From Microcoleus sp. (GTDB lineage Bacteria > Cyanobacteriota > Cyanobacteriia > Cyanobacteriales > Microcoleaceae): a DNA stretch of 64,000 nt. The DNA is taken from contig CP181291.1 in assembly GCA_052279835.1 (NCBI GenBank), forward strand, positions 2,080,001 to 2,144,000, read 5' to 3'. Positions 63,800 to 64,000 of this stretch are shown piece by piece. Each line of letters opens with the position of its first letter. Within the stretch, counting starts at the first letter, position 1. The translations under genes and the position numbers were made by a program. The notes beneath the pieces were generated by a model. That model did no database searches. It was not told the DNA's origin and saw nothing but the letters and a program-made list of their open reading frames with translations.

Positions 63800-64000
63800 G
63801 TGCCTGATACCACCCAGAACCGCCTAGAGCTGGATCTGAAGACCATATTCCCCTTCGAGCTAGATAACTTTCAGAGAGAGGCAATCGCCGCCCTCGATGC
63901 AGGCAAATCCGTTGTCGTTTGCGCCCCTACAGGCTCCGGGAAAACTTTAATTGGCGAATACGCCATCCACCAAGCCCTCTTACGGGGGCGTCGCGTCTTC
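63800..64000 (+). CDS. Ski2/HelY-like DEAD/DEAH-box helicase, 5' part (truncated by window)
   Basis: GTG start; [16 protein letters not shown]...[20 protein letters not shown]. Confidence 0.88.
   Translation, partial: MPDTTQNRLELDLKTIFPFELDNFQREAIAALDAGKSVVVCAPTGSGKTLIGEYAIHQALLRGRRVF

Overview
Chromosomal window from a filamentous cyanobacterium, Microcoleus/Oscillatoriales-like (abundant HIP1 GCGATCGC, heptamer tandem repeats, many REP/MITE-like elements). Most of it is housekeeping: murI, amiC, infC, prfC, tRNA-Ala(GGC), glgA, lpxD, gcvPHT, sixA, gltA (split by a +1 frameshift), argZ/agrE, argG, glsF, a hybrid histidine kinase and a partial helicase. Accessory content: (1) Two tnpB-only IS200/IS605 (IS1341-like) elements with intact RuvC motifs. 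The ends of the first can be mapped exactly: it sits in the last codon of murI and supplies the new stop codon. Each element has an orphan right-end-like sequence next to it. (2) A ~7.8 kb locus with two STAND-like (AAA_35) genes, HTH-TIR-NTPase and NTPase-TM-WD40. An unannotated 56-aa signal-peptide-like ORF and a 115-aa ORF are transcribed divergently from them, and a COP23-like gene converges on them. The pair is split by a Uma2 + 5-FCL cassette bounded by inverted repeats. (3) Small dispersed repeats inserted in frame into gcvP, glsF and the WD40 NTPase. No CRISPR array or rRNA was seen. All family calls come from motif recognition only; no searches were run.
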